From NCBI RefSeq assembly GCF_036321535.1, contig NC_087436.1, positions 37,016,001 through 37,080,000 on the forward strand: a stretch of DNA of 64,000 bases, given 5' to 3'. Below, one piece after another: positions 40,794 to 52,967 of this stretch. Origin of the DNA: Camelus dromedarius (lineage: Eukaryota). A program made the translations under genes and the position numbers. The notes beneath the pieces were generated by a model. The model worked only from the letters and a program-made list of their open reading frames with translations. It was not told the DNA's origin and searched no databases. The first letter of the stretch is position 1, and the number at the start of each line of letters is the position of its first letter.

Positions 40794-41214
40794 TTGATTT
40801 GGAAAACTTGGTTTGTAAGTAAAATTTAATTTGAAGTAAAAATTTGACTTCAGGATTTCACTCGGAAAAATTTAGTTTACTAAAGCATGGGGACTGGGAA
40901 GCTGTCTCCTAAAATCAGTTTTAGGAAAACAGACAGGTGCTGACATTCATTTCCATAAGAAGCTGGGTCAGTTGGTTGACCTGGGGCATCTCTTTCAGGC
41001 CTTTGTACACACTATGAAAATGCTTTTTCATTCATCAACTTGTACACTTTACATACCAAAGTGACAGTTATTTAAAACTTGTCTTAAAAGTTCTCCAGAG
41101 GTTTATTTTAAAAATCATAATGTAAAAAAAACTATATAAAGAAATGTCTTGATTTTATAATGGATTTTGTGAATAAAATAATACCCAAGGTTGTTAGCAC
41201 TGAATAAATACCTT

Positions 41215-41220
41215 TTTAAT
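41215..41220 (-). terminator. EXOSC9 polyadenylation signal (candidate, ATTAAA)
   Basis: Plus-strand TTTAAT reads ATTAAA on the minus strand, about 35 nt downstream of the EXOSC9 stop. Confidence 0.6.
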
Positions 41221-41253
41221 AGTTATATACACAAATACACAACTATGTGAACT

Positions 41254-41338
41254 TTAATTAGTAGCTCTCTTCTTTCTTCTCTTTTTCACTGACTTTTTAC
41301 TTGGTGCTTTTTCTTGTGTTGCACTGATGGTCTGTGTT
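41254..41338 (-). CDS. EXOSC9: EXOSC9 exon 12 coding part
   Basis: cacag|AACA...; TQTISATQEKAPSKKSVKKRRKKRATN, stop TAA at 41256-41254. Confidence 0.95.
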
Positions 41339-44300
41339 CTGTGAACAAAGTAAATTAATAGTTTTAACAGTATATTAGTACCATTTTGCCTCCTATTTTG
41401 GGGATCTAAACCATGACCGCAGAATACTGTAAACTGCTAATGAAAAAGCTGTCTTTGTTTACAGTAGAGTAAGATGACAATAAAACCAGACAGCAAACCT
41501 CTAAGAAGTCTTTAAGTATATGTATACATATATACTTTTGAAATAAACCAGAAATTTGTTACCTTATTTTCTTCGGGTTCTTATCTGGTTCTAAAATGAT
41601 CATTTCTTCTTCTTCACTGTCTGAGAGTACTATAGGGGCATCTTTAAGAAAAATGTTGAGAAAGGAATATAAGTAATCCCTTGGAAAGTTTCCACACAGA
41701 ATTATACTGATGGTTCTAAAGCTCCATTTCCATTCAGGCAGAGCCCAGGCTACTCTGGGTAGAGGCTTATAGACCTGCTATTTAGTTCTTCCCTTCCCTC
41801 AGGTTATTCCTTGGAGCTCTGAAAAATGTATTCAAAATTAGCTACTCTGTTAGAATTTCCTAATTTTGAAGATCTAAATTTTTAATTTCTCCATATTATA
41901 AACAAAACTAGAAGGAAAATACCTAGAAGCAGAATTGCTGGGTCAAAAGGCATATACATTCTAAAATCATTACTGGCCATCTGTAGACTTTCTCACTTTG
42001 TTCATATGCTTTAGAAATGTTTTACCTACTCCATCCTCCCGATTATCTTAGTATTTCTGTGATGACATGGGAAAACTAAAGATTCATTCATACTTTTAAC
42101 CAGCTTATATCAGTATAAATATATAGTAAATAAATACATGGAACAAGGTCTGGAAGAATAATACTAAATAGAAATAACCACTGGTAAAGCTGAATGGGGA
42201 GGGGGGTCCCCAATCAACAGGAATTTTGTTTTTTCCCTTACAAAAAACCCCAGCAGGCTCTTAGTGTTTACAGGTAATCATCTTCCTTGAAGGCAGGCAG
42301 GTATGTGCATTACACTTTACTATTTTCTCAGCCAAGTTTAGACATTTGGTACGTGTATCCTTTAGTTCTCCACCAGCCTACTTCCTAGATCCTTCCTTGT
42401 ATGATTTCTGTTTTTAGTACATAAAAAAACAATGATTATTTTCCAGCATGAGCCAAGGAAGAAACTGGTTTTAAAAATAAAAGCATCCACAGGTAAGAAC
42501 AATTTCTCTAGTTCTACTGCTTTCAGAATACAAGGAACATCCAGCACTACCAGTATCTATGTACCTCTAGAATTGTATATGTTCTACAGCGGTCTAACAT
42601 GGTAGCCACACGTGGCTATTTAACCTTATATCGACTAGAGTTAAAATTTAGAATTCTTCGGTTACACAGGCTACATTTCACTACTCAATGGCTACATGTG
42701 GCCACTATACTGGACGGTATAGAGAGATACAGAACATTCCTAATACTAATACGTTATGATACTGCCTCTTTATGTTTTGAGTCTAGAAACTATACAAAGG
42801 AAAATATGCAGGAATGAGTTTAAGGAACTCATCCCCTTAAAACTGGCCAGATAAATATACAGAAGGAAAAAACTTAAAAATGCCTCTACATTTACATACC
42901 AAAGAATACCACCACTCCACAGAGATAAGCATATTCCTTTAGAAAAGAACTGGAGTTAAGATTGCAGTTAGCCTCAACAGTTAAGCTGAAATTACAAAAT
43001 ATTTAGCCCCTCTAAAAAAAGTAACTGCTAATATAAAAGTAAGATCCATAGAGATACATATATATATACATATATGTGTGTGTGTATGTGTGTGTGTATA
43101 TATATAACACATAGCCATAAAGTATCACATACCTTGGCTTCCAATATTAGAGATACCTACTCCAGTGTCCATTTTTATACTATCAAGAATGATTGCTTCA
43201 TCACTGCCACCTTCATCATCGTCTTCCTTTTCAGAGTCTTCAAGGTCACCCCAGGAGTTTTCTATTCCCTCTCCAATTTGGGCGGTTCCAGGGGTCCATA
43301 GCACAGGTTTAGAAACACTTAGCAAGTTAAGTAAATTGAATAACAAAAATATCACTATTTGATGCAGTGCTGAAAAAGATGAATAGAAGTTTTCTACTTT
43401 AAGACTGATGGAAGTGTGCCTCAAATTCTCAGGAAAAAAGATTTACTAAGCATCTATGGCTGAACAATGAAGAAGAAAAATGTGTAACTGGTTAAGATTT
43501 TATGGACACAATGGGTGAGAAATATCAAGAGACACACTGGCTCTGAACATTTTAGTTGTAATAAATGTGTTGAATGAATGAACTTTAAGAACAATGTGTA
43601 ACAGTGTATGAAGTACTTGATGCACTGAGATTAAAGAACAATTTTCCAAAGGAAAATGAAATGCTGTAAATTGGTTCTTATAATAGAGAAATTTCTGGTT
43701 TCTGTAGGATAGATGAAGAGAAGGTGAATGTTATACCATCAACTTAATATAATAAAACATTAATGTATCTTAAATGTTTTCAGAAAATAAATTTCAGTAT
43801 GCAAACACTTCACAGAGCCCTAATAATGCCAAAAGTGTTGAGAATCTTTTTGTTACTGAAAAAAAAAAAAATCCAATAAAGATACACTTCTGAAGGAGGT
43901 TCAGCTTCCGAAATGATTTCTTCTGCTTTTTCCTCTACATCGGAGGTATCAATTGGGGCCTTTTCCATTTTAAATGCTGTGATCCTTTGATTGGCTATCG
44001 ACTCCGCAAAGCCAAACTTGCCACCTTCTTTCCTGTGTGGATTTTTTGGGGGAGTGGGGAGCAAAGGGGGAATGAGAGATGGGAGAGAAGATAGGAAGGG
44101 GGGAAAAAGTTAATTATTTTATCCTTTTGATAGATGAGAAATATTGGGTGAGAAATTAAGTAACTTAACCTCACCAATTTATTATGCCTATCAAGAGCGA
44201 TAAGAAGTTACTATAATTAACCATTTATTAAATCATGTGCCAGGCACATGCTATGGGCTTAAAGTATATTATTCTCCAATCCTCAAACCAGCCCTACCAG

Positions 44301-47300
44301 GTAGGCATTAACCTCCCATATTACAGAAGAAGACACTGAAGTGCTGGGTTATCGATGTTGCTTAATGTCACACAGTAAGAAGAGACAATAATCAACACCA
44401 GTTTGTGTTCTCTCTGTTAATGTGAGTTATCAGATTCTTTTTTCCTAAGAAAATGTTAATTTTTCTAAAAGAAAAATGTTATGTGGCTTTTCAGTTCAGA
44501 CTGTTCAAACTGTAATACAATATAACAAATAGTTTCATTAACTTTCAAAAAACATTTAGTACATGCAACTGAGATTAACAGATAAGGAAAGACTGAGTGT
44601 AAAAACTGGTTATGCTTGTGTAAGAAAGGTCCTTAACAGAAAAAAATCTATAAAAAGACCATTCAGTTCTAAAAAAAATTAAACTTACCTAACTTTCTGG
44701 TCGTTCTCCAAAGCTTTCTGTATTAGCTCTGTAATTTCCATTACTTTCACACCAGCTATTTTACTACATCTCAAAACCTATTTATAAAATAAGTGAATTC
44801 TGTTATTTAGAGACAATAAATCAAACAGCTTTCTCTAACAAAACAAAAAACGTGAGATTAGTTTTTTGACCTTTAAAAATTAAGCCTTTTTTTTTCATAA
44901 TAATACAACGAACATGAACATAATACAATGTAAACACAAATTAAGTCAAGATGTGAGAGTTATTTTTAGATGATGTCAAGGGAACTCACCCAAAAACTCT
45001 TCTATGACAATGTAAAAGTGACCACAGCAGAGGCCACAGACACACATGTTCAGGGATGCACTAACTTACTTTCTGTATGACTGATCCACAGTTCTGTTCA
45101 AGACATGGCTGCACAGTAACCCCCAGGAAGCTTTTATAAAGTAAAGATTCCCAGGCCTCAGGGACCTAATGGATTAGAATCCTTGGAAACAGGGATCTGG
45201 TAGTGGTCACGATGCTGGTAATAATGACTGATGATGATAACAGACACTAACATTTACTGCACACTTAATGTATGTTACACGGTACAATATGCCTATATCT
45301 ATTCTTATATCCTCCTAACAAGAGGGTGTTGACAGTAACATTATTCCCTGTTTCACAAATAAAGAGACTGAGGCACAAACCTGAAATCACCTGCTGGTCA
45401 CTTAGTGTAAAGCAGAGCTGGAATTCCAAACTAAGCCGTTTCTGTGCTCTTAGCCACCTGCACTGTGTGCTACATGGCAGTCTATCTCCTACAAGCCCCC
45501 ATGTGAATCCTGCACGTAGCTGCGTCTGAGAACAACTGCTCACGGCACACAAATTCCCAAAGTCAAACCATATTTTTACCCCAATTTCTACTTTTTTACA
45601 CTTAAAAAAAAATAGGGATATAAATTTCTTTCCTCACTGGAAGGAAAAAAGTATTCCTCTACCTTGAAGGTTTAGACTCTGCAGGGCCATCTATGGGAGC
45701 AGCAAGGGAGCAAGGAGGACCCCTTGTAGCCACAAGTCAACAGAGCATAACAACAGTACTGAAGCCAGATTCTAACACATCCTAGAATCTGTCATTGAAA
45801 ATATCTTTGTTGGATTTCAGTTAAAAAACAAGAAAAAGTTTCTAAAAGGAAGAGAGCCGTTCTTAATGGAATACTAGTCAAAGCACTGACTTGATCTTTC
45901 AGCAGCATTATCCCACCACTGGACTGGATGGTACAAATCTCTCGATGTTTATTCATGGCAATCACCAGCAAGCCATCCATTACACGTTCCTCTCGCTCAT
46001 TGGGATCCACCAGTAAGTATGTCCTGAAATAAATGTTAAATATGAGGCTGAATGCTTGTCAATTTTAACATAATGAAGTTTTTAAAAAGACAGCATTATA
46101 ATAAAGTCAATGCTGTGAAGTTCTGAGCCTATGAATGTGAGTCACTTTAATGTGAAATGAGACAAAAGAATTATTATAACATTAATTTTAAAGTTTCCCT
46201 AATATCCTGTACTTTGAATTTCTTCCAGGTTCTACCAGCTCATTAAAAAAAAAACACTATTTCCACACTGTGCAATGTTAGCCTTTATTCAAGGTGTCAA
46301 GTCCTTGGAATGTGGCTGGTTCAAATTGAGATGTACTATTAATGTAAAATACTGTATTTCAAAGACTTAGTAGAAATAAAATGTAAAATATCTCATGAAT
46401 AATTTTTAAGATAGTGATTACATGTTAAAATAATATTTTAGATATATTAAGTAAAATAAAATACATCAAAATTAATTTTAACTGTTTCCTTTTACCTTTT
46501 AAATGTGGCTATTAAAATTACATACATGGCTCATGTAATTCTACTGTACAGTGCTGGTCTAGTTCCCGCTAATAAAATTCTATACAATGACTGAACAATG
46601 AAAGATTTTCTCCAGTTCTTATTCATAAAGTTACTAAAATATTTACACCCCTCTTTGTTTATTAAGAAATTTAAGGCTTGAGCTCTCATTTGAAGACAAC
46701 TTACATGGACCTAAGCTTCCAGGTTTTCTGTTGTAGGGTGAATTAGCAGTGAGTTGTGAAGAAACAGCTGTAGAGCTGAAGAAAACTAGATTTTTTTCCC
46801 ATTTGTGAACCATCCCCCATGTGACGTGCTCCTATAACTACTTCATCTGGTAAGCTCCAAAGTCCTCTGTCTTCCATTAATCCGCAGTACTTCTCATCAC
46901 ACTTTACCAAGTTAGAGCCTAACATCTGTACATCTCTAGGAAAGACACACACTACCACACTGCAGTAAATGCATAAATTTATAAGAAAGCCATGAAAAGA
47001 CAAACGTGAAGCCTCTTCATTATGGGAGAGTTTCTCACTTCCACTGAGAAAGTGCTTTGCCAACTGATGCTCTTACAAAGAAAAAACTATAAGGTGCTTT
47101 AGTATTAAAGGAGGGGTTTGTTCACTTGTCTACGGCACATCTGAGCAGAACAAAAAAGTTCATGGCTGCATTTATAACTTCAGCCCATGACAAGGATGAG
47201 ACTTACCCCTGCTGGAAGAAGGCAAAGCTGACACAAATCGGCATGTGGTGGATGCTCAATGGGACAGGATCACGTTCTTCAGGTGTGTACTGTGTGAAAA

Positions 47301-50300
47301 TAAAAGTTTGAATAATTACAGCCACTAAGTTATAAACAGACAAAAAAAAATCATCTTGTACAACAAATATCAAAATAAAAAATAAAATCCCTTGAATCCT
47401 CAGTGAGTACCTAAATAACTTTTGCGATTACCTATTTGACTTTGCCATTCATGTGCCTTAAAACTTTACGCATTTGTCAAAAAGCTTTATAGAGGTATAA
47501 TTTACAAACCATAAAATCCCCTCACTGTTAGTAAATTATTCACTTTTTAGTAAATATATAGCTGTGTAACTATCACCTTCCAGGTGTTTGTTTCTAATGG
47601 GTTTTTGGCACAGAGTAAGCACAAGCATCTCACTGGGAACACATGAAAATAATGTATTTTTCACACATGCCCCCTAAGCATAAGCCAACCACTTCATCTA
47701 ATGCTCAATGCAAAGAAGCCATCTAGTTCTATTCTAGAACTAGAGTGTGCTTTCACTGACAAACATGTCAACACAGGAGATTTGAGTGATTTCAAGGGCA
47801 CCTGTGACCATATTTAGTTTTTGCATTGTGAATAAATTTTAGGACATATCTAATTGCCATTTACTATGGGGCTTCATTAAATACAAGTTGTCTGCACATC
47901 AAGGATATTCATTCATTCATAAGAAGGAGCCTGGCTCACATGGTGGGAGCTTACCAGTGTTACTTCATCTCCTTGGACAGAGACATCAGGCCTTCGGAAG
48001 TGACATAAGGCTACAATTGCAGCAATGCTGGCAGCATCAATAATATTTCCATCATGATTTAATAAATGCAGATCCACACGTATTTGCCAAACCTGAATGT
48101 GAATTTAAAACAAGACTAAATCCTAAATCACACCAGAGGTTATTTATAAAGAAAAGTAACACTATGTGCAAATTTTTCTCTTGCTATTAAAACATGCAGT
48201 TACTCTTTCTATTGTATCAATAAAAATATATTTAGAAAAATGTTAAGCCAGACCAACATCTGAAATACTAATAGTTCATTTCTCTATGAGTCATTTGACA
48301 ACAGTAAAATATCTACTCTGAGTAAACAGAACCATTCTATATTTAGTGCAAAGATTCTCCTAACTGCAAGACTAGTTATGTTTTAATTGTGTCTCCTTAA
48401 TGAAAAACCACAAACTCAGGTTTTATTTGGCAGTATTTATGATAATCTTACAAGTAACGCAAATAGGAAGTATCAGTGCAATATACTGAGAGTAAGATTT
48501 CCAATGTCAGACTACCACTGACTCACTATGTGGCCCTGTATAAGTCAATAAACCTACCCGAATGAAAGATTTAATCAGTTCTTCAGTTTTTCATCCATAA
48601 AGAAAGGAAAACATTACCTGCTTCTATCAACTCACTTAAATAACATAAAAAAAATAGATGAGAACATGTGAAAAGCCACATGTTCTTTGAATAAGAAATT
48701 TGTATACAAATCCAAGTTCCTACTTCCACCAATGTTTTTTGCCCCCTCAGGGAGACATGACGCAAGGTTCTATGGGTAGCACTGAGGAACATACGATGTG
48801 AAGTGAACTAGTATAAAACTGAGTTAATTGAAGCTCTGAGAATCAAAGTCTAGATACAGGGATCCATGAACTGATAATACTCATCCTAAGATTAAGAACT
48901 TTGGGCATATTCCCCACCTTTTCACCAGCAACAACACAGAGAGATTCAGTGTCTATACACTTCGAATTTCTTAGACATCTTTCCAAGAGGCGATTCAACT
49001 TCACCAAGAGATCTGACTGCCTATGAAAATAGGAATGGGCTAAGGTCATGAAATATAACACCAGGCATTAAAACAATAGTTCACCCCTGTTAGGCTCTCC
49101 TCTGGCTAAAGCAGCTAAGAAAAAAATTTAAATACCTGCCAGGTTCAAAAGCTGGGGCAGCCATCTGAGAGAGTTCAAGGTTGAAAAAAAGAATACCTTC
49201 TGTTGCCCTATTGAGTTTTGGAGAAACAAGTTCACAGGAAACCTGTCCAAGAACTCTGCAAAGATAAAGTACAAATCTGTTAACTAAATGTACTTCCTTT
49301 ACAATTATAGAGAAAAAAAAGGAAGTCTAGAACAGACACCTGTTAAGTTTCAATCTTATACTGTGCTGAGTAATAACATGTTCACCATGCTATATCATTA
49401 GAGGCTGAAGTTACATATAAAGTATAGTAGTAGAATGTATATAGAAAGAAAACACATGGCTGGCATACCCAAAGAGATGACAGGAAAAAACATTTCTCAT
49501 TACAACACTGACTATTCCACAGATTTTTAAAAGAGTCAATGACCATTACTTCTCTTTTCTAAAACAAACATTTAGTGATAAAAGATGGCATGCACACTTG
49601 AGACTTCTGTAGTTTTCATATGGCAAGGTTCAGCAACATTATTTGACCAATATCCTCACAACTTCCAAGTGAATATTAAAAACCTATTTCTCATGTCATT
49701 CCAGAAAAGGAGGAAAGCAGGCCCTATTTAATGACAACAAATGCAGGAACAAATTCAGTGCAATCACTGCTGGTCATATATATAATTCCTAAAGGTCAGA
49801 AAGAGCTATGTGATCCTCGTGTGACGAAAAAATATATTCCTGATTAAAAATTTAAAGTGTGACGATAAAACCAAAGTCTTGCATTAAAGAAAATACACTT
49901 ATTTTTGGCAACTGAAAGTACTATCCAGACTTCTCAGCTACTTTGTAAACTGAATCAATAAATTTAAATTTCTCCCTACTGAGCTTATACCTAATTTGAA
50001 CCTATTGTTACCTTGTTTTTCCAAGTTCCACAATGCAGCACCCATAATCTGTTCCAAATGTGATCTTGATGTTCCTATAATCATAGGTTTGTCTGCCATC
50101 CAGCCGCTGTAAGCACAACATTCACTCGTTTATTCCTAATACAAATATTTATTGAGCAGTTATTTTGTGCCAGGCTCTGGGCTAAGCACTAGGAGAAAAG
50201 TAGGATCCTAACCATTCCACATAGGAGAGTGGAAACTTGGTGCCTGGGCATTGAGTGGCTGTAGTGACCAGAGCCTTCAAAAGATTCCACTGGAGACAAA

Positions 50301-50527
50301 TAAATACTTCGAGCGGGGTGGGGGTTGTTTTGTGGGGTTGGGGAACAAGTCGATCGCAGCCCCAAGGGCTCCCGGGGCCTGCCCGTACGCCCAAAGCGGA
50401 AGGCTGCGCGCGGGCCGCTGTGCGACCCCAGCGCTCCTGCAGCGCCAAGTTCCCGGTTTACCTTTTTCTCTTCGATGGCACGGAGTAAAAAGCGGCGCTC
50501 GCAGTTTGAGAGTGGTGTCTCCTTCAT
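41254..50527 (-). CDS. EXOSC9: Exosome complex component RRP45 / PM-Scl75, complete spliced CDS (12 exons, 1323 nt, 440 aa)
   Basis: MKETPLSNCERRFLL start, RNase PH-like domain (RLDGRQ...YRNIKI), acidic tail, IVLSDSEEEE motif, basic C-terminus KKRRKKRATN*; exon phases join in frame. Confidence 0.98.
41563..41641 (-). CDS. EXOSC9: EXOSC9 exon 11
   Basis: taaag|ATG...TAAG|gtaaca; APIVLSDSEEEEMIILEPDKNPKKI (79 nt). Confidence 0.95.
43055..43106. repeat. (TA)/(TG) microsatellite in EXOSC9 intron 10
   Basis: Directly visible. Confidence 0.85.
43133..43317 (-). CDS. EXOSC9: EXOSC9 exon 10
   Basis: ctaag|TGTT...CAAG|gtatgt; VSKPVLWTPGTAQIGEG...NIGSQ (185 nt). Confidence 0.94.
43318..43885 (-). 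other. U12-type (minor spliceosome) GT-AG intron, EXOSC9 intron 9
   Basis: 5' site GTATCTTT; branch site TTACTTAAC ending 8 nt before the intron end; no polypyrimidine tract. Confidence 0.8.
43886..44032 (-). CDS. EXOSC9: EXOSC9 exon 9
   Basis: cacag|GAAA...GAAGT|gtatcttt; KEGGKFGFAESIANQRITAFKME...EPPSE (147 nt). Confidence 0.94.
44689..44777 (-). CDS. EXOSC9: EXOSC9 exon 8
   Basis: aatag|GTT...TTAG|gtaagt; VLRCSKIAGVKVMEITELIQKALENDQKV (89 nt). Confidence 0.95.
45891..46023 (-). CDS. EXOSC9: EXOSC9 exon 7
   Basis: ttcag|GACA...CAA|gtcagt; TYLLVDPNEREERVMDG...LLKDQ (133 nt). Confidence 0.96.
46305..46560. mobile_element. hAT-Charlie MITE (MER33-like)
   Basis: aatgtggctggttcaaattgagatgt...aatgtggctatta...tacagtgctggtctag. 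Confidence 0.65.
47207..47289 (-). CDS. EXOSC9: EXOSC9 exon 6
   Basis: cacag|TAC...GGG|gtaagt; YTPEERDPVPLSIHHMPICVSFAFFQQ (83 nt). Confidence 0.96.
47955..48092 (-). CDS. EXOSC9: EXOSC9 exon 5
   Basis: ttcag|GTT...CTG|gtaagc; VWQIRVDLHLLNHDGNIIDAASIAA...DEVTL (138 nt). Confidence 0.96.
48918..49020 (-). CDS. EXOSC9: EXOSC9 exon 4
   Basis: catag|GCAG...AAG|gtgggg; QSDLLVKLNRLLERCLRNSKCIDTESLCVVAGEK (103 nt). Confidence 0.96.
49136..49255 (-). CDS. EXOSC9: EXOSC9 exon 3
   Basis: tgcag|AGTT...GCAG|gtattt; VLGQVSCELVSPKLNRATEG...AFEPG (120 nt). Confidence 0.96.
50012..50106 (-). CDS. EXOSC9: EXOSC9 exon 2
   Basis: tacag|CGG...AAG|gtaaca; RLDGRQTYDYRNIKITFGTDYGCCIVELGKT (95 nt). Confidence 0.96.
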
Positions 50528-50740
50528 GCTGTCGGGTCAAGGGATCCACTGGCACTGGACTCCGTGGGGAAAAGAGAATCCGAGCCACTTCACGCGCGCT
50601 GCTCGCACCGCGGCGCAGGACGTTTACGTCATCAAAGCGCGGCGGCTGACGGTGGGAAAGCAAACGCTGAGCGCGCTAGTGCGCAGGCTCAAAGCGAAGT
50701 TCGAAAGGGCCGAGCTGGGCGAGGGAAGCCGAAGGGCTTA
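50310..50740. promoter_or_regulatory. CpG island / EXOSC9 promoter with CRE-like site
   Basis: CpG-dense stretch around exon 1; TTACGTCA at 50624-50631. Confidence 0.85.
50462..50527 (-). CDS. EXOSC9: EXOSC9 exon 1 coding part
   Basis: MKETPLSNCERRFLLRAIEEKK|gtaaac (66 nt). Confidence 0.96.
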
Positions 50741-51288
50741 GGGAGGCTGAATTCTGAACGGAGAGGTCTTTTTTCTTTTATTTTGAAGTGTAGGGGAGAA
50801 AAGGATCCCAAGTAACCACCAGTGATAGAAATTAGTATCAGTGTAGCACTCTCACTCTTCATCGTATCTTCGGTTCTAGCAGGATAGGCTAGACAGGTAT
50901 TGCTGTTTTACAGATGAGAAGTTGAGGGCTGACCGCTAGAAAGCTGCAGAGGCAGAGTTTGTATCAGATTCTTTGGAGAAACGCTGTAATGAAAGGGCGT
51001 AAGTGGAAAGGAGGAGGGAGAAGAAAGTTGAGACGGTGAGTTGGGGCATTAATACGGGCTGACGGTGAAAGCTTGTAGACCTGAGTTGACAAGAATTAAG
51101 AATATTTTCAGTTTGTAACTAATGGTGTTATAGCTGCCATTGGATGAAACAAGAGTTGCTATTTATTTTTTTTTACAGTTCCTCCAGTCATTTTAAGGTA
51201 TAAACTTATTTTTATAGACACAGAGAAACTTAAGTGTGTTCATGTTGCCAATCATTTGGCTTTTGGGGAGAGGCAGTATCAAATAGTA

Positions 51289-51510
51289 CAGATCTTCCTT
51301 CACTTACATGGAATTTATGTCCAGATAAACCCATCCTAAATCGAAAAGACATTACCTAAACTAGGAACCTCACAGCTTAGCCTTGCCTACCTTAAACGTT
51401 CTCAGAGCAGTTGCATTAGCCTACAGTTGTGCAAAATCATCTACCACAAAGCCTATTTTATAATAAAATGTTCAATATCTCATGTAATTTATTGTACCGA
51501 ACATGAAAAA
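51289..51510. mobile_element. TcMar-Tigger MITE fragment (MER47-like)
   Basis: TA|CAGAT...gataaacccatc...gcttagccttgcctaccttaaacg...attagcctacagttg. Confidence 0.75.
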
Positions 51511-52329
51511 CATGCAATCCATGTACTCTGTAAGTTACTTACATTATTTGTGAGGGCCTCCTGTGTCCCAAGAATAATTCAAGTGCTGGATAAACAGGGT
51601 GGACAAGATCCTGTTCCATAGGAATTTCCATTCTCTTTGGAGACAAACAATGAAAACCTACACAAGTAAAACAATTTCACATACGAAATTCTGAGACTGA
51701 GGATGCTGTTTTAATAGAGCTACTTGCAGGAAGAGGTCACTTTATAGAGGTGACATTTGAGTTAGTAAGTCCTTCATGATGGGGAGGAGCAGACAGGATA
51801 TTATCTGCAGGAAAGGAAAGTGTTTCAAGAAGACACTTGTTGTTTTTCAAGACTCATCCTGGAAAACACGTAGTTAATATCTGAAAAGATTTTTAAATAA
51901 TTTCTCCTATTATTATTTTTTCCTATATGTTTCCTATATATTCAGAGTAATAAAAAAATATCAGTCTTCAGCTTATAATAAATACAACAAAATGAGAGGG
52001 AAGAGAAGCAGGGGATACGTTGATTTCCACTGCACTCAGATTGTTGTAATGTGTGGGTAATTCAGGACACAAAGAAAAGTATGAATATGGCTCTGTCTCA
52101 GGCATGTGACAGAAGACCTTTGATCTCATCTATGAAAAGAAGATTCATACCCACTGATAAAAATCTGTAGGAAATTATGCGGTTTAGTGTCTAAACAATG
52201 ACTACATTCCAGAAAAATTCTGTGCCAATTAGATTTATACAAATAAAATCATATCTGAAATAGAATTAGAAATAAAATAATAAAAGTAGAATGTATAATT
52301 GTGGCTTAAACTTGTAACTCAAATAACTA

Positions 52330-52768
52330 TTATGAGAATAATGCCCCCCCAATGCCCTGTCCTAATTCCAGGAATCTATGTTACCATGTAAGGCAAAAGT
52401 TATTCAGCAGCTGTGATTAAATGAAGGATTTCAGGATGGGGAGATTATCTAGGTGGACCCAATGTAATCACAAGGGTGCTTATAAGAGGGAGATGGGAGA
52501 GGAAGGGAATGAGACAACAGAAACAGAGGTTAGTGATGAGAGAAGATGCTATATCTCTGGCTTTGAAAATTGAGGAAGGGCCCACAAACCAAGGAATGTG
52601 GGCAGCTAAAAACTGGAACAGGCGAAAGAATGGATTCCTCCTCCAAAATGAACATCGCCTTGGGGACACATTTAGACTTCTGACCTTCAGAAATGTAAGG
52701 TAATAAATTTATGTTGCTTTGAGCCACTAAGTTTGAAATAATTTGTTAAAGCAGCAATAGGAAACTAG
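52330..52768 (+). mobile_element. MaLR LTR (MLT1C/D-like)
   Basis: gatggggagattatct...aatgtaatcacaagggt...aataaatttatgttg...gcagcaataggaaacta. Confidence 0.8.
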
Positions 52769-52967
52769 TATGGATTGCCAGATAGAATACAGGCTGCTAA
52801 GTTACAATTGAATCTCAGATAAACAACAGGTTTTTTTAGTATAAGCGTTTTCAATTTGCCCCAAATACTGCATCATACATACTTATACTAAAACATAATT
52901 TGTTGTTTATCTGAAATTCAAGTGTAACTGGGCATCCTATATTTTTAAACTAAATCTGGCAACCCTA
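52769..52967. mobile_element. Palindromic hAT MITE (MER53-like)
   Basis: TTGCCAGAT...CAGATAAACAAC...TTTAGTATAAG / CTTATACTAAA...GTTGTTTATCTG...ATCTGGCAACCCTA. Confidence 0.85.

Noticed and set aside
41642..43132. Extra alternative EXOSC9 exon between exons 10 and 11, as I recall for a human isoform
   Set aside because: No matching sequence seen; I recall the human insert being Alu-like, and no Alu is evident here
50624..50632. In-frame upstream ATG for EXOSC9, 105 nt before the start
   Set aside because: It reads ATG ACG TAA and is part of the CRE-like motif, so it gives no extension
50182..50815. Cluster of 77-138-aa ORFs around EXOSC9 exon 1
   Set aside because: GC-rich shadow ORFs; only 50462-50527 is supported as coding
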